Positions 25,592 to 38,879 are shown, counted from the first letter of the whole stretch. The stretch: DNA of 62,966 nt, filler included, from Octopus bimaculoides (GCF_001194135.2; 3 parts of 3 records of this genome joined end to end with filler, not necessarily neighbours in it), one strand, 5' to 3'. Notes: generated by a model not told the origin, from the sequence alone. Translations and numbers: made by a program.

Positions 25592-25978
25592 TGAAGGTGC
25601 AATGGCCCAGTGGTTAGGGCAGCAGACTCGCGGTCATAGGATTGCGGTTTCGATTCCCAGACCGGGCGTTGTGAGTGTTTATTGAGCGAAAACACCTAAA
25701 GCTCCACGAGGCTCCGGCAGGGGATGGTGGCGAACCCTGCTGTACTCTTCCACCACAACTTTCTCTCACTCTTACTTCCTGTTTCTGTTGTGCCTGTAAT
25801 TCAAAGGGTCAGCCTTGTCACACTGTGTCACGCTGAATATCCCCGAGAACTACGTTAAGGGTACACGTGTCTGTGGAGTGCTCAGCCACTTGCAAGTTAA
25901 TTTAACGAGCAGGCTGTTCCGTTGATCAAATCAACTGGAACCCTCGACGTCGTAAGCGACGGAGTGCCAACAACAACA
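25592..25978 (+). mobile_element. Full-length tRNA-derived SINE family B with 11-bp TSD
   Basis: Near-identical to 11516-11902. ATTTTACAAAA at 25579-25589 and 25979-25989. Confidence 0.92.
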
Positions 25979-26513
25979 ATTTTACAAAAGTATAGGCCAT
26001 CAAATACGGTACTATAATTATTATTAAAATCGACTTCTTGAAATTCTTTGCAATAAATTGCTTATAATAACCGGCAATAACGTAAAGTTATACGTCGACT
26101 TCTAGAAATTCTATTTAATTTCGTAGCTTTTTCTTCTTTTGTGTTTTTGACAACTTATATGACTACATTGTTCAGTTCTTTGTAAACGTCGGCTTTGATA
26201 TAACCTTCTGGATTGTTCGACATTTCTGTTCTGCCTATTCGTCTTCGTTCACAGCATGTCTTTATTTCTAATAGTAAGGCATGTTACAAGTTTGCAACCT
26301 TTTTAGATGGCGGTTTCTTCTGTTATTTTGTGCGTTGCTTCCTTCAAAGACACATACATCCGTTTATGTCATCTCCATCTTGTGGCAGCGAAGGTACGAA
26401 AGCACCAAGCTGAATTTTAAACTGATCTTCATCAGTAATTTTGCTTCCATCATAATTTTTTTGATACGTTTTGTTTTCCCTTTTCCTGCTTGCTTACTTG
26501 CTTGCTCGCGCGC

Positions 26514-26605
<92 letters not shown>

Positions 26606-27229
26606 TTATAAAGTTTGCTAAATTTGGTGGGATGAGTAAACACACCAAACAACTTTCACTACTTATTATTGGAGATAAAATCAAATTACAAAGTCCGATT
26701 TTACCAAATTCCAAAAAATTGAATAATTCAAGATCAGCAACTGATAGATCAATAGATAATAGAAAGATACATGTTTCAACTTACAGTTTGTATGTTTAGC
26801 ATACTTCCTTGGAAAATTGAGTGCAATACGAGACTATTATTTCATTTATTGACCCCGAAAAGGCGAAAAATAAAACTGACCTAGGTGGGATTTGAACAAA
26901 CATTTTCCATTAGTTATTTATCTCCAACAAGCAGTGGAAGTTGTTTGATATATTACAAAAGTTGTTCCACCATATTAATTGGCCGATTGAGAAGAGTTTC
27001 TTCCTTTGCAAAGAATGTTTCAGGCTGTGAGTTACAAAGTTTGTTTTTGGACAGATCATATAGGTGTGAAATCCTTTTTTAGACATCCAAATATGCACAG
27101 TGCCGGGGACAGTGTGTATATCTGGTGTTGTTGCATAGCTATTGGAAGAGAAATATATCCAGTTCACCACTTGAGCTATTGTTGTCGGGGATAATGCGTT
27201 TTACCTTTTTCCATTCACATTCTATCTCA

Positions 27230-27350
27230 GAGTTAGCTGTAAGGTCGTGAGTTCAATTCCCGGCTACGCATTGTGTGCTTGAACAAGACACTTTATTTCA
27301 CGTTGCTCCAGTCCATTCAGCTAGCAAAAAATGAGTAGTACTTGTATTTC
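27230..27350 (+). mobile_element. SINE family D fragment
   Basis: B-box GAGTTCAATTCC followed by the shared central domain. Confidence 0.7.
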
Positions 27351-27949
27351 AAATTTCTGAATTGTTGGTTAAGCGACTGATGAAAGATGATAACGAACAC
27401 AACAAAAGTTAAGGAAGTTTCTAGTTGATGAAGTTGTGAATTCTGGTCTACCATTTGATGACAATTTGTCAGGTATTCCATGTGATAAATATTCTGCATA
27501 GATTTTTCAATTAGACCTTGCAAAATCGCCTGATTTTTTTTTTCTTTTTACAATTGATGAACTTAATTGAGTACCTGCTAATAATGACTAGTGTTTGGCC
27601 TTGTGCCAAAATCTGAAACGAATAATGACTAGGGCTGTTTTCCCTAGACATTATAATAGGAAAATAATCTGCACAGATGCATATTCAGAAAGGATAAAGA
27701 GAACAGGTGGGGGTACTGTTTCAATGACGACATCAATTTCAGAGTAATAAAATGGCAAATGTTATTCTGGGCCCAGAAACTGAAGTTTCAGTGCATGAAA
27801 ACTTTGTTGTTATACCAAGGTATAACAACAAAGTTATAATTATGGGCTTGACATAGTGTAAAAGGTATAAATAGATTTTTATACATTACGACTAAGTTAA
27901 ATGTATAGATGTGATCACGGAATTTTTGATAATCACGAATGACAGGGCA

Positions 27950-28700
27950 TAAGGTTTTGAAATTAGATAGACGCCACTTTCTTCCTTTGACCTATCATGA
28001 AGGTTTACTTTTCTACGAAATCTTCATAAACCTTTAGATAAGATCTACTAATTGAATCATATTTTCATTCTTATTTGATACAATGTGTAATAGACTGCAG
28101 AGTATTAAGCGTTAGAGATTGCTAAAAAGTTGATCTGTTTATCAACAGTATTGTCGCTTGATGTCAAACAACGAAACATGTATCCAAAGGTCATTGGTGA
28201 AAGTCCATTTCACTTGTCATATTGGTATGATGCATTTCCTCATTGATGGAAGATATGTTATCGTTCAAGTGCAGTTAATCTGGTTGAATATTTTCAATGA
28301 GATGGACGGAAAGATATCTGCAGCCAACTAGATTATACTGGGTCTATGAAGCATGCGGAATTTGTAACGCTAAGTCTTTTCAGAGATTCTTTAAACAATT
28401 CTTTTGGATATTCTCAAGTGAATAAAGATTTTTAGAAGAGACTTGCTGCCAAGAGCAACAATGTGCTTGTCGCAGCCCAGGACAAACAGAATTCATCCTT
28501 CCACTTGAACATAAGTTGACTCGGCTGATCGTGTAAATCAAGTCCCAACAAGAGTCATTCACTAATCAATTTTGCGACGGAAAGGTACTGTTGAAATACA
28601 ATTACAATGTTTTGAGATTAGATAGAAGCCAATTTCTTGCTTAGACCTATCATGAAGGTTTACTTTTCTATGAAATCTTCATAAACTTTTCTCAGTTTTG
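27950..28700 (-). pseudogene. Heavily decayed DNA-transposase-like sequence, possibly hAT
   Basis: Minus strand gives ...KSLFT*EYPKELFKESLKRLSVTNSACFIDP..., reminiscent of transposase C-termini. Multiple stops. Family assignment is weak. Confidence 0.3.
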
Positions 28701-29224
28701 TTGACCGTTTATTATTATTTGTTTTTCGACACTTAAAGTCGGTTTTGTAACTAATTTTCGCAGTGTATTGCTCACAAAGTTCATTTATCAAAAGAAGAGT
28801 AGGAGTGAGTGTATAGATAATTCATAGTCTGTTCATTAACAGAGCCACTCTATGAAATAACAATTCAAATCAATGCAAGTAAAGTTTTGTAAACAAAGTT
28901 ACAATGGTATATTTTATAAACAAGCATATTTAGTGAAAATAGACCACGTGATTAAAGCACAAGAGTCTCAGCAAACAGGATAGAAGATCAGATCGACTAG
29001 TTTCAACATTTGTAAGAGCTTTATCAGCTTCCTAGCAGCTACTTCCTAACAGCTGCTCCCTAACAGCTAACAGAATGTAATATCATTTTTGGAAAATGTA
29101 AACAAGATCAGGACAAACGTCGTAACACTTACATTGCAGTAACAAAGATGGCCGCACACATTCATTAATTAGGACATTGACCCAAAGCATTCGAGATGTG
29201 AGTTTGTGACTCATTCAAATGGAT

Positions 29225-29261
<37 letters not shown>

Positions 29262-29361
29262 NNNNNNNNNNNNNNNNNNNNNNNNNNNNNNNNNNNNNNN
29301 NNNNNTTAATTAATTAANNNNNNNNNNNNNNNNNNNNNNNNNNNNNNNNNNNNNNNNNNNN
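29262..29361. other. Artificial 100-bp scaffold gap with TTAATTAATTAA linker
   Basis: 44 N, TTAATTAATTAA (29306-29317), 44 N. Confidence 0.9.
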
Positions 29362-29563
29362 CCGTTTTCGTGCGGGTGACACGTAAAAGCACCCACTACA
29401 CTCTCTGAGTGGTTGGCGTTAGGAAGGGCCTCCAGCTGTAGAAACTCTGCCAAATTAGATTGGAGCCTGATGTTGCCATCCGGTTTCACCAGTCCTCAGT
29501 CGAATCGTCCAACCCATGCTAGCATGGAAAGCGGACGTTAAACGATGATGATGATGATGATGA

Positions 29564-29566
<3 letters not shown>
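29362..29566 (+). mobile_element. RTE LINE 3' tail module
   Basis: Near-identical to 37640-37812. Ends aaacgatgatgat(gat)n. Confidence 0.85.
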
Positions 29567-29597
<31 letters not shown>

Positions 29598-29599
29598 GT

Positions 29600-32200
29600 A
29601 CAAATTTAAGAAAACCAGCCAGGCACCTGATCACCTGTCAGTCTGGTGGGCATATAATCCAGATGAAGAATGTATGACCCAACATAGGTTACTAGTTAGT
29701 GACTTCAGAATTATAGCTAGGTCTCAGAGAAATAAATCAGTCTGGAAAGAGAGGTTATGGAAGCTCAAAGACTCAGCAAACCAACAGAAATTTAAAGACA
29801 TTCTAATGGAAGCTTCTGATGAGGAGTGGTTGAAAACATGTAGCTTAGAGGACAATTGGAAGTCCCTGTAGGAGAACCTACTGAGGGTTACAGACCAAAT
29901 CTGAGGTTGGTGCAAACTCCCACCTTAGCTGAGGGTGACATGGTGGTGGAACAAGGAGGTAGATGGTGCTATAAAAAGGTCTGGAAAGGGTGGAAAAATA
30001 GTGGAAGCAAAGAATTATATCAGGTAGACAGTAAGGAAGCTAAGTGATGAATTTACACAGTGAAAGGTAAAGCAGAAGGTAAGAGATTTGCTAATGTTCT
30101 ACAGCATGAGGATCAGAGGCATGAGGTGTTCAGGATTGCAAAGCAATGTATCATAGAAAATAGAAACGTGGTAGGTGAGAAATGTGTGTGTGTGTAAATC
30201 GGTAATAGTATGCATTTAGCAATTCAGAGAAGAATGATGCAAGGAAGTGCCACTGTGAAAGGTTGCTAAATGTGGAGAATGCATGGGAGGAGATTCTTTC
30301 AAATATAGAACTAACTGAGGGACCAGCCATCAGAGTTGACAGCAGTATAATAGATAAGGCAATTAAGGATTTGAAGACAGGGAAAGTTTCTGAACCATCA
30401 AAAATCACAGCTGAGATGTTTAAAATATCTGGCAGAGTCAGATACAGCCTAATCACTCATAGTTAATCAAATTATTCAAGAAGGTATCATCTCCAATGAC
30501 TAGTGTAGTAGTATTGTAGTTAGCTGCTGTATGTATGAAGATGATAGCTCAGATAGAAACAACTACAGAGGTATTAAATTGCTGAACCAGGTCATGAAAG
30601 TTATAGTTTGATTAGGAATAGAATTAAACTAGATGAGATGCAGTCTAGTTTTGTGCCTGAAAAGAGTACCACAGATGTCATTTTCCTAGTGAGACAGTTG
30701 CAGAAGTATCTGGCAAAAAAAAAAAAAAACATTGCACTTAGCTTTCATCAACCTAGAGAAAATTTTTGACAGTTCCCTGCTCTGTTGTCTGGTTGGAGAT
30801 AGATGAGTGGCTTGTACAGCAGTGCTGTTAGTAGGGTGAGAATCGGCCATGATTAAAGGCAAATTTAGTGTACAAGTAGGAGTTCACCAGAGCTCAGTTC
30901 TCTCATATTCATTATTGTTCTCTAGGCCATAACAGAGCAATTAAAAATTGGCTGCCCATTGGAACTAGCTGATGCTGATGACTTTGCTCTTGTAGTAGAA
31001 TCTGTATTGGAAATGGAGAAGACATTACCAGTATGGAAGCAAAACCTGGAACCAAGGAGTCATAAAGTTAACCTAGTGAAGACCAAAGTTGTTAACAAGA
31101 AGGTGGATAAGATTCTCTTTCCATCAGGTAAATGGCAATATGTAGAAAAGGTGTTGGAAGAAATTCCATTTGTTGCACTCAGTACAAGTTATGGACACGT
31201 AACAAGTGCAGTGGAATCACAGGTAGGTTAACAGAAAAAGTCGTTTTTGTGTGTGACGGATGCACAGGAACAATAAGCACTAAAGACACTCAGGAATTAG
31301 ACTCCCTTAAATGCCCAGGTGGTTCCCTCGAAGTTGTAGATAGTTTCTGTTACCTAGGTGACTAAATTAGCAGTGGTGAAAGATGTCCTGAAAGTATTGT
31401 TGATAGAATAATAATAGGATGGAGGAAGTTCAGAGAGCTATTACCTCTGTTAGCAACAAAAGGCCTCTCTCTCAGAGTCAAAGGCAGATTGCATGATGTT
31501 TGTGCATGAATGGCTGTGCTCAATGGGAGAAAAACATGGGCTCTGAATGCAGAAGACATGTAGAATAGTATCCTCTGATAGATGTGCAACATAAGTGTGC
31601 ATGTATGACAAAATGGAAATGTGTTGAGAGAAAATTTGGGCATAAGAGAAATCATATGCAGCATGCAAAAGAGAAGACTAAAGAAAAGATAAACTGTCAA
31701 TTGTAATGATAAGGGCTCCAGTTGATCTGATCAACAGAACAGCCTGCTCATAAACTTAACATGCTAGTAGCTGAGCACTACACAGACACACGTGCCCTTA
31801 ATATAGTTCTCAGGGAGATTCAGCATGACACAGAATGTGATAAGGTTGGCCCTTTGAAAGACAGCTCAGTGGACTGGAGCAATGTGAAATAAAGTGTCTT
31901 GCTCAAGCACACACTGTACTGCCAGGAATCGCACTCATGACCTTACAAATGCAAGCCAAAACCCTAACCACTAAGTCATGCACCTTTAAGAGTGAAGGTA
32001 CATCAGTTTGGACATGTGATGTGTATAAATGAAGACAGCTGTATACAGAAATTGATCACTTAAAGTGGATGACACCTGTGGATAAGGGAGAACCAGGAAA
32101 ACATAGGATGAAGTAGTGAAAGCTGATTTCAAGATGTTGGGCCTCATGGAAGAGATGACAATGGACAGAGATATCTGGTAATATGAGGTTCTTGAGAAGA
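29600..32200 (+). pseudogene. Old RTE (BovB-like) LINE, decayed RT region, interrupted by a SINE
   Basis: Fragments: LLNQVMKV, STTDVIFLVRQLQ, QFSVQVGVHQ.SVLS, ELADADDFALV, SLEVVDSFCYLGD, GWRKFRELLPLLATKGLSL, GRTRKT*DEVVK. Confidence 0.9.
31710..31985 (-). mobile_element. SINE nested antisense in the RTE LINE
   Basis: Minus strand shows a family D head and central domain followed by a family B tail (tcaaagggccaaccttatcaca...gagcaggctgttctgttgatcagatcaactgg). Confidence 0.8.
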
Positions 32201-32779
32201 CATGCCCACTTTAGTGAAACTGAGTTCTGTATGTTTCACCTATATGTAACATTAAATTTTTCACACGTGTCCTACCACAATAAACTAAACTACATCCCTT
32301 CTTCATGTACTGTGATTATCTCTCCCTCCTCGCTCCTGCAGCCCAATCCTGTCCTCCCTGCCAGCTGAATCATTTCTATCCTGTGGTTCCCTCCCTATAT
32401 ACCTGTTTTTCTAGTCACTGCATCTCCCCACCCCTTTTGCATTCTCATGAACTCCCTACTCATGCACCCTGAACAATCCTCTACCATCCCAATTATATTC
32501 ACATCTTTGAACCTTAAGAGTCTATCCTGGCACATTTCCACCATCGCTCTCACTCTTTCTTGCTTTCTTACTTTCACACTTGCACTCTCTCATTTTCACT
32601 CTTTCCCTCACTCACTTTCTTTCTCTCCATCCCTTTTCTCCCTCTCTCTTTGTGACCAGAGAGTGGCCATGTATCTCTTCTACAACAAGACACCTGTTTT
32701 TGTTCCTCTGTCATACTCTACACTTTGTACAAAGTTCCCTCTTTCAATGCCACCCTCCTCTTTCAAGTTACTTGGTGAC

Positions 32780-33055
32780 CTCACTGGTGCTGGTGCCACA
32801 TAAGAAGTGGTTGGCTTTACAAAGGGCATCCAGCCATGAAAACTGTGCCAAAGCAAACCTTCCCACTGTTGGCATCACATAAAAAGCACCCAATCTATTC
32901 TGGAAAGTAGTTGGTGTTACAAAAGACATCCAGCTGTAAAAAGCACATGAAAAGTGACAGTGGAGTCTGACACAGTCCTCTAGCTTACCAGCTCCTGTCA
33001 AACTGTCCAATCCATGCCAGCATGGAAGACAAACGTTGAATGATGATAATGATGA
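32780..33055 (+). mobile_element. RTE LINE 3' tail module, older copy
   Basis: ggtgccacataagaagtggttggc...gggcatccagc...catggaagacaaacgttgaatgatgat. Confidence 0.75.
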
Positions 33056-33064
33056 TTTTATGTA

Positions 33065-33163
<99 letters not shown>

Positions 33164-33177
33164 ACTGTCATATGTAT

Positions 33178-34026
33178 ATGCAAAAATGAAAATAACACTG
33201 ACATCTCATTTTAACAGATATATTTACCAAAATTACATAAAATTATCTTGAAATACTAAAGAGTAAATTAATTCAATAAAATCGCCATTGGCTTCAACCA
33301 CAGCCTCCAAACGACTTCAGAATCTCCTGCAACTCTTCTGGACAGTCTTCTTAAGTTGGTGAATGCTGCCATAATCCTTGCTTTCAGTTCATCTTTGGTG
33401 TTACAAGGAGTTTTGTTGGTCTGTTGCTCAATTGCACTCCAAGATAATAATCAAGGGGAGTTGCAGTCTGGGGAGTTAGGTGGCCAAATGTTAGGGGTGA
33501 TGTGGTCACAGAAATCATCTGACAGCCATGTCTGGGTTCTCCTTCTTTTGTAGCATGATGTAGAGTCCTGTTGCCAAACATAGGGTCTTCCAGCAGTCTC
33601 TTGACTCAGGGCAGCACTACCTCCTTCAGGTACTTGATGTAGGCCTCTGTATTAAGTCTGAGGCTATGTGGGAAGATGAATGGAGGCATAATGTCACCAT
33701 CACTAGTGCTCACTCCAAACGCCATGATGTTGACTGGATGTTTGATTTTTATCACTCTTGGTACATGTCCTCAGATTGCACTGTTCTCAGATTCACACCC
33801 AAACATTCCGAAATTTTCATATTGGAGCTTTCAGCACGAATTCCAAGCAGCACAGCATGTTGTTTCCAAATTTCTGGCAGAGTGAATTGCATCATGGTGC
33901 TGTTTTTATCACAAACAATGCCCAACTGACTCTACTATGCTGTGTTGTCGATATAATCAAAAACAAGCAATGCACATGCACGAAATTAAAAATCTAAAAT
34001 GGTGACAATTTACCCATTGCACTCTG
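33178..34026 (-). mobile_element. maT-like transposon remnant
   Basis: Homologous to 19085-19450. Terminal ggtgacaatttacccattgcactctg|ta resembles the terminus at 19069. Confidence 0.8.
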
Positions 34027-34028
34027 TA

Positions 34029-34400
34029 TTTTACTTGTTTCAATCATTTGATTGTGGTCATGCTGGAGCACCACCTTTAGTTGAACAAACTGATCCCAGG
34101 ATTTATTCTTTGTAAGCCTAGTACTTATTCTATCAATCTCTTTTGCCAATCTGCTAAGTTACAGGGATGTAAATTCATCAACATTGGTGTCAACCGATGA
34201 TATGGCGGACAAACACACACACACGCACGCACGCACACACACACATATACACACACATATATACAACGGGTTTGTTTCAGTTTCTGTCTACCAAATACCC
34301 TCACAAGGCTTTGGTCAGCCTGAGGTTATATCGTTGAAGACACTTGCCCAAGGTGCCACACAGTGGGACTGAACCCAGAACCATGTGGTTGGGAAGCAAT
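34029..34400 (-). mobile_element. Near-complete SINE family C: tRNA head, body, internal microsatellite, tail
   Basis: Minus strand: gcttcccaaccacatggttctgggttcagtcccactg (tRNA-like head) - cttgggcaagtgtcttc - ggtagacagaaactgaaac - (TA)(GT)n - tail ending gaaacaagtaaaa. Confidence 0.8.
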
Positions 34401-35629
34401 CGTTTTCTTCAAGTGAATTAAAAATTTAAAATTTGGTTCAGAGAAAGAATACCAAGATGTGGAATATGGATTGACCCTCTCACTTTGGCAACAACAAAGG
34501 GAGTGAAACAGCTATAATGAACCTTAACCCATTCGTGTTCTTTCATTGTGCAAACACCAAACCTGGAACCTTCCCTATGTTGGATCGTGAAATTGCATGC
34601 CAGTGTGCATGGATACATAATTTCATGTACATGTATACTAATATATATGAGTCTATTTGTGTACACGTACATGTATGTATAAGTGTGTGATTATGTTTGT
34701 ATATACATGGGTATATATGGGTGTATTTGTATATGGTATATACATGAATGTGCAGATATTGACTCTGACTTGGAGTCCCTAATATTAAATTATCTTGATT
34801 CAAATGAATTCTACAAATTATATACATGCATAAGAAGAAAAAAGGGATTTATAAACCCAGGCAGATAACAATAAAGCACTCAGTTTTAAATGAATCTGGT
34901 TAACTATATCAAACAATCAGACACCAATATATGCAAGTAGAATACATATCCAAGGTAATTCTTTATGTATGACAGAGATCCAAACATCATTTGGAAGAAT
35001 TTCGAAAAAATTCAGAGTATTAGACAACAAAAATACAGATAGAGGAAATCACATCTTTAACAGTAGAATTCACTATACAAAGCTGACAATTGTTTGCTGT
35101 GTCAACATATTTAGATACAGAAAATATCATTCAAATTAATATACCTGAAAATATATGTTAACACAATGTTTTCAAGGTAATCGAAAATTAATGAAATTCA
35201 AAGTGAACTAAGAAAATATCTCCAGTACATATATGCATACAAAAAGAATGTTAAGAAGAAATATAATCTAAGAAGAGCTATTTTATATTAACTAATTTCT
35301 CATTCTAACTAATAAGGTTTCATGACAATTCAATATCGTCGGATTTGAGTATTGAACATGGCATGATATTAGCCTATACTCAAAAGGGTGAGCGTCGTAG
35401 ATTTTAGTAACATCCAACGATCACTGGAGATTTTGCCGAAAATCAGGGTTTTTATAACTACTCATACACGAATCATAGAACCGTAACCCCATGAAAGATT
35501 TCTTCAACGAAGTTCATAATTCGTATATGGGCAGTAATTTTTACCAATGAGAAATCAATAATTTCTCATGTTCGGGCAAACGAACTTACGCTCTCTCTCC
35601 GCCTCTTATGAGTTTGCTACAGAAGTACC

Positions 35630-37812
35630 AAGTTGTTGGATCAGGTAATGAAGATCACGGAGAGGGTCATAGCCCAAGTAATTAGGGAGAGAGTCAGCTT
35701 AGATGAGATGCAGTTTGGGTTCGTGCTAGGGAAAAGCACCACTGATGCTATATTCCTGGTAAGACAGCTGCAGGAGAAATACCTAGCCAAAGATAAACTT
35801 CTGTACCTGGCTTTTGTTGACATAGAGAAAGCCTTTGACAGGGTCCCCTGATCCCTTATCTGGTGGTCAATGAGGAAACTAGGGATAGAAGAATGGTTAG
35901 TGAGAGCTGTGCAAGCCATGTACAGGGACGCTGTCAGTAAGGTGAGGGTTGGCAACGAGTACAGTGAAGAATTCCAGGTAGAGGCAAGGGTCCACCAAGG
36001 TTCAGTCCTCAGCACCCTCCTATTTATCATAGTCCTCTAGNNNNNNNNNNNNNNNNNNNNNNNNNNNNNNNNNNNNNNNNNNNNNNNNNNNNNNNNNNNN
36101 NNNNNNNNNNNNNNNNNNNNNNNNNNNNNNNNNNNNNNNNNNNNNNNNNNNNNNNNNNNNNNNNNNNNNNNNNNNNNNNNNNNNNNNNNNNNNNNNNNNN
36201 NNNNNNNNNNNNNNNNNNNNNNNNNNNNNNNNNNNNNNNNNNNNNNNNNNNNNNNNNNNNNNNNNNNNNNNNNNNNNNNNNNNNNNNNNNNNNNNNNNNN
36301 NNNNNNNNNNNNNNNNNNNNNNNNNNNNNNNNNNNNNNNNNNNNNNNNNNNNNNNNNNNNNNNNNNNNNNNNNNNNNNNNNNNNNNNNNNNNNNNNNNNN
36401 NNNNNNNNNNNNNNNNNNNNNNNNNNNNNNNNNNNNNNNNNNNNNNNNNNNNNNNNNNNNNNNNNNNNNNNNNNNNNNNNNNNNNNNNNNNNNNNNNNNN
36501 NNNNNNNNNNNNNNNNNNNNNNNNNNNNNNNNNNNNNNNNNNNNNNNNNNNNNNNNNNNNNNNNNNNNNNNNNNNNNNNNNNNNNNNNNNNNNNNNNNNN
36601 NNNNNNNNNNNNNNNNNNNNNNNNNNNNNNNNNNNNNNNNNNNNNNNNNNNNNNNNNNNNNNNNNNNNNNNNNNNNNNNNNNNNNNNNNNNNNNNNNNNN
36701 NNNNNNNNNNNNNNNNNNNNNNNNNNNNNNNNNNNNNNNNNNNNNNNNNNNNNNNNNNNNNNNNNNNNNNNNNNNNNNNNNNNNNNNNNNNNNNNNNCTG
36801 TATGACACATGTGTATGAACAGCCATGCTACATGGCAGTGAAACATGGGCCATGACTGCTGAGGACATGTGTAAGCTCGCAACGAAGGAAGCCAGTATGC
36901 TCCGATGGATGTGTAATGTCAGTGTGCATACTAGACAGAGTGTAAGTACTTTGAGAGAAAAGTTGAACCTAAGAAGCATCAGTTGTGGTGTGCAAGAGAG
37001 ACGATTGTGCTGGTATGGTCATGTGGTGAGAATGGATGAGGATAGCTGTGTGAAAAAGTGCCACACCCTAGTGGTTGAGGGTACCCGTGGAAGAGGTAGA
37101 CCCAGGAAGACTTGGGATGAGGTGGTGAAGCATGATCTTCGAACATTAGGCCTCACCGAGGCAATAACTAGTGACCAAAACCTTTGGAAATATGCAGTGT
37201 ATGAGAAAACCCGGCAAGCCAAGTGAGACCAGAACCCATGGCCTCTGCCAAGGTTGTAACCAGCCCACTTATGCATTCCTTTTATTCATTGGACACTAAA
37301 CTCTTTTTGAGAAGACCTGTTGAGGCAAGTGAAATCGAAATCAAATTCACAAATTTGATGATTGGCACCCATACCAGTGGAGCACTAAGAGCACCATCCG
37401 AGCATGATTGCTGCCAGAGCAGCTGACTGGCTTCCACGCCAGTGGCACGTAAAAAGCACCATTCGAGCGTGATCATTACCAGTATCACCGTACTGGTACT
37501 TGTGCCGGTGGCACGTGAAAGAACATTCGAGCGAGGTCGTTGCCAGTGCTGCTGGACTGGCTCCTGTGCAGGTGGCACATAAAAAACACCACTTTAGCAT
37601 GGCCGTTGCCAGTATCACCTGACTGGCCCTCATGCTGGTGGCACATAAAAGCACCCACTACACTCTCGGAGTGGTTGGCGTTAGGAAAGGTATCCAGCTG
37701 TAGAAACTCTGCCAGATCAATTAGAGCCTGATGTAGCCATCTGGTTCACCAGTCCTCTGTCAAATCGTCCAACCCATGCTAGCATGGAAGGCGGACGTTA
37801 AACGATGATGAT
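35630..37812 (+). mobile_element. Younger RTE LINE (RT plus 3' UTR), gap inside
   Basis: LDQVMKITERVIAQVIRERVSLDEMQFGFVLGKSTTDAIFLVRQLQEKYLAK...LAFVDIEKAFDRVP, then LHGSETWAMTAED...GRGRPRKTWDEVVKHDL. 3' UTR with tandem repeats and a (GAT)n end. Confidence 0.93.
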
Positions 37813-38149
37813 GGAAGGGAAGTAATCATCCATTGACTGTACTATTAGTTGTTTCTCTTTGAATATGATAAAAGTATAGAACCAGATTTTTAGAAATTCA
37901 TCTTGAAACATTTCTAGAATGCAATACTAGAATATTTAAACTCAATATAACAGCAATTCAGCAGTGAATTTAATGTGAAAGATGGTATGTGTTTATTCTA
38001 TATATATATATACATACATAGAGAGAGAGAGAGAGACATACATGTGTGCGTGTATGAGTGTATGCCTGTATTTATGTTGAACATGTATGTATATAAGAAT
38101 ATTTTCATATATTATTATGCATGCAAATGCATATGTATGTATATTGCCA

Positions 38150-38330
38150 TCATCATCATTTAATGTCCATTGTCCATGCTTGCATGAGTTGTACAGTTTG
38201 ACTTGGCTGGCACCAGACTCCAGTCTGATTTGGCATGGTTTTCTAGATGGCCTTTTTAACGCCAACCACTCTGAGAATGTAATGGGTGCTCTGACATGCC
38301 ACTGGCACGGGTGCCATTTATATGACACTG
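38150..38330 (-). mobile_element. RTE LINE 3' tail module, minus strand
   Basis: catcatcatttaatgtccattgtccatgc ... gccaaccactctgag is the reverse complement of the tail module. Confidence 0.7.
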
Positions 38331-38879
38331 GTATGGGTGCCAATTTACATGACACCAGTATCAGCCACAACTACGATTTTGCTTGGCTTGATGGGTTTTC
38401 TTAAGCATGACATAATGCCAAAGGTCTTGGTCATTGCCTCCATGAGTACCTGGTGGATCATTATAAACAAGTATCTAATTAATTTGCTTCTTTTGAAGAC
38501 ATGCCAAAACTTGTATGTTTTCATCAATCATAGTAAACCAAATTCATACTCTCTTTCAATTTGTAGCTGAAGTTAATTCATTCACTTCTTTTTACAATTT
38601 TCATTTTAGAATGACACATATTTGGTGTAATATTTTTATTACCACCTTGTAAAATATTGATAGATCAAATGTAAAGTGTCTGGAAAATCCTAAGAGTTTA
38701 GTGAATTCTCATTGAAATGAAAGACTATGCCTCAGTCTTCTCAACTCAATTAAATAAGCTTTCAATATTTGCCAAGAAACTTATACTTCTCTCACTCTGA
38801 TTTGTCATTGATATTATTTTAGCTGTGGGGAAAAACACACCTCTTATTTAAATTACTGGAGAGGAATGAAGGTAGTATG

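Noticed and set aside
37380-37660. Repeat-spacer-like array resembling CRISPR
   Set aside because: Units are contiguous degenerate tandem repeats in a LINE 3' UTR with no unique spacers. Eukaryotic context, no cas genes.
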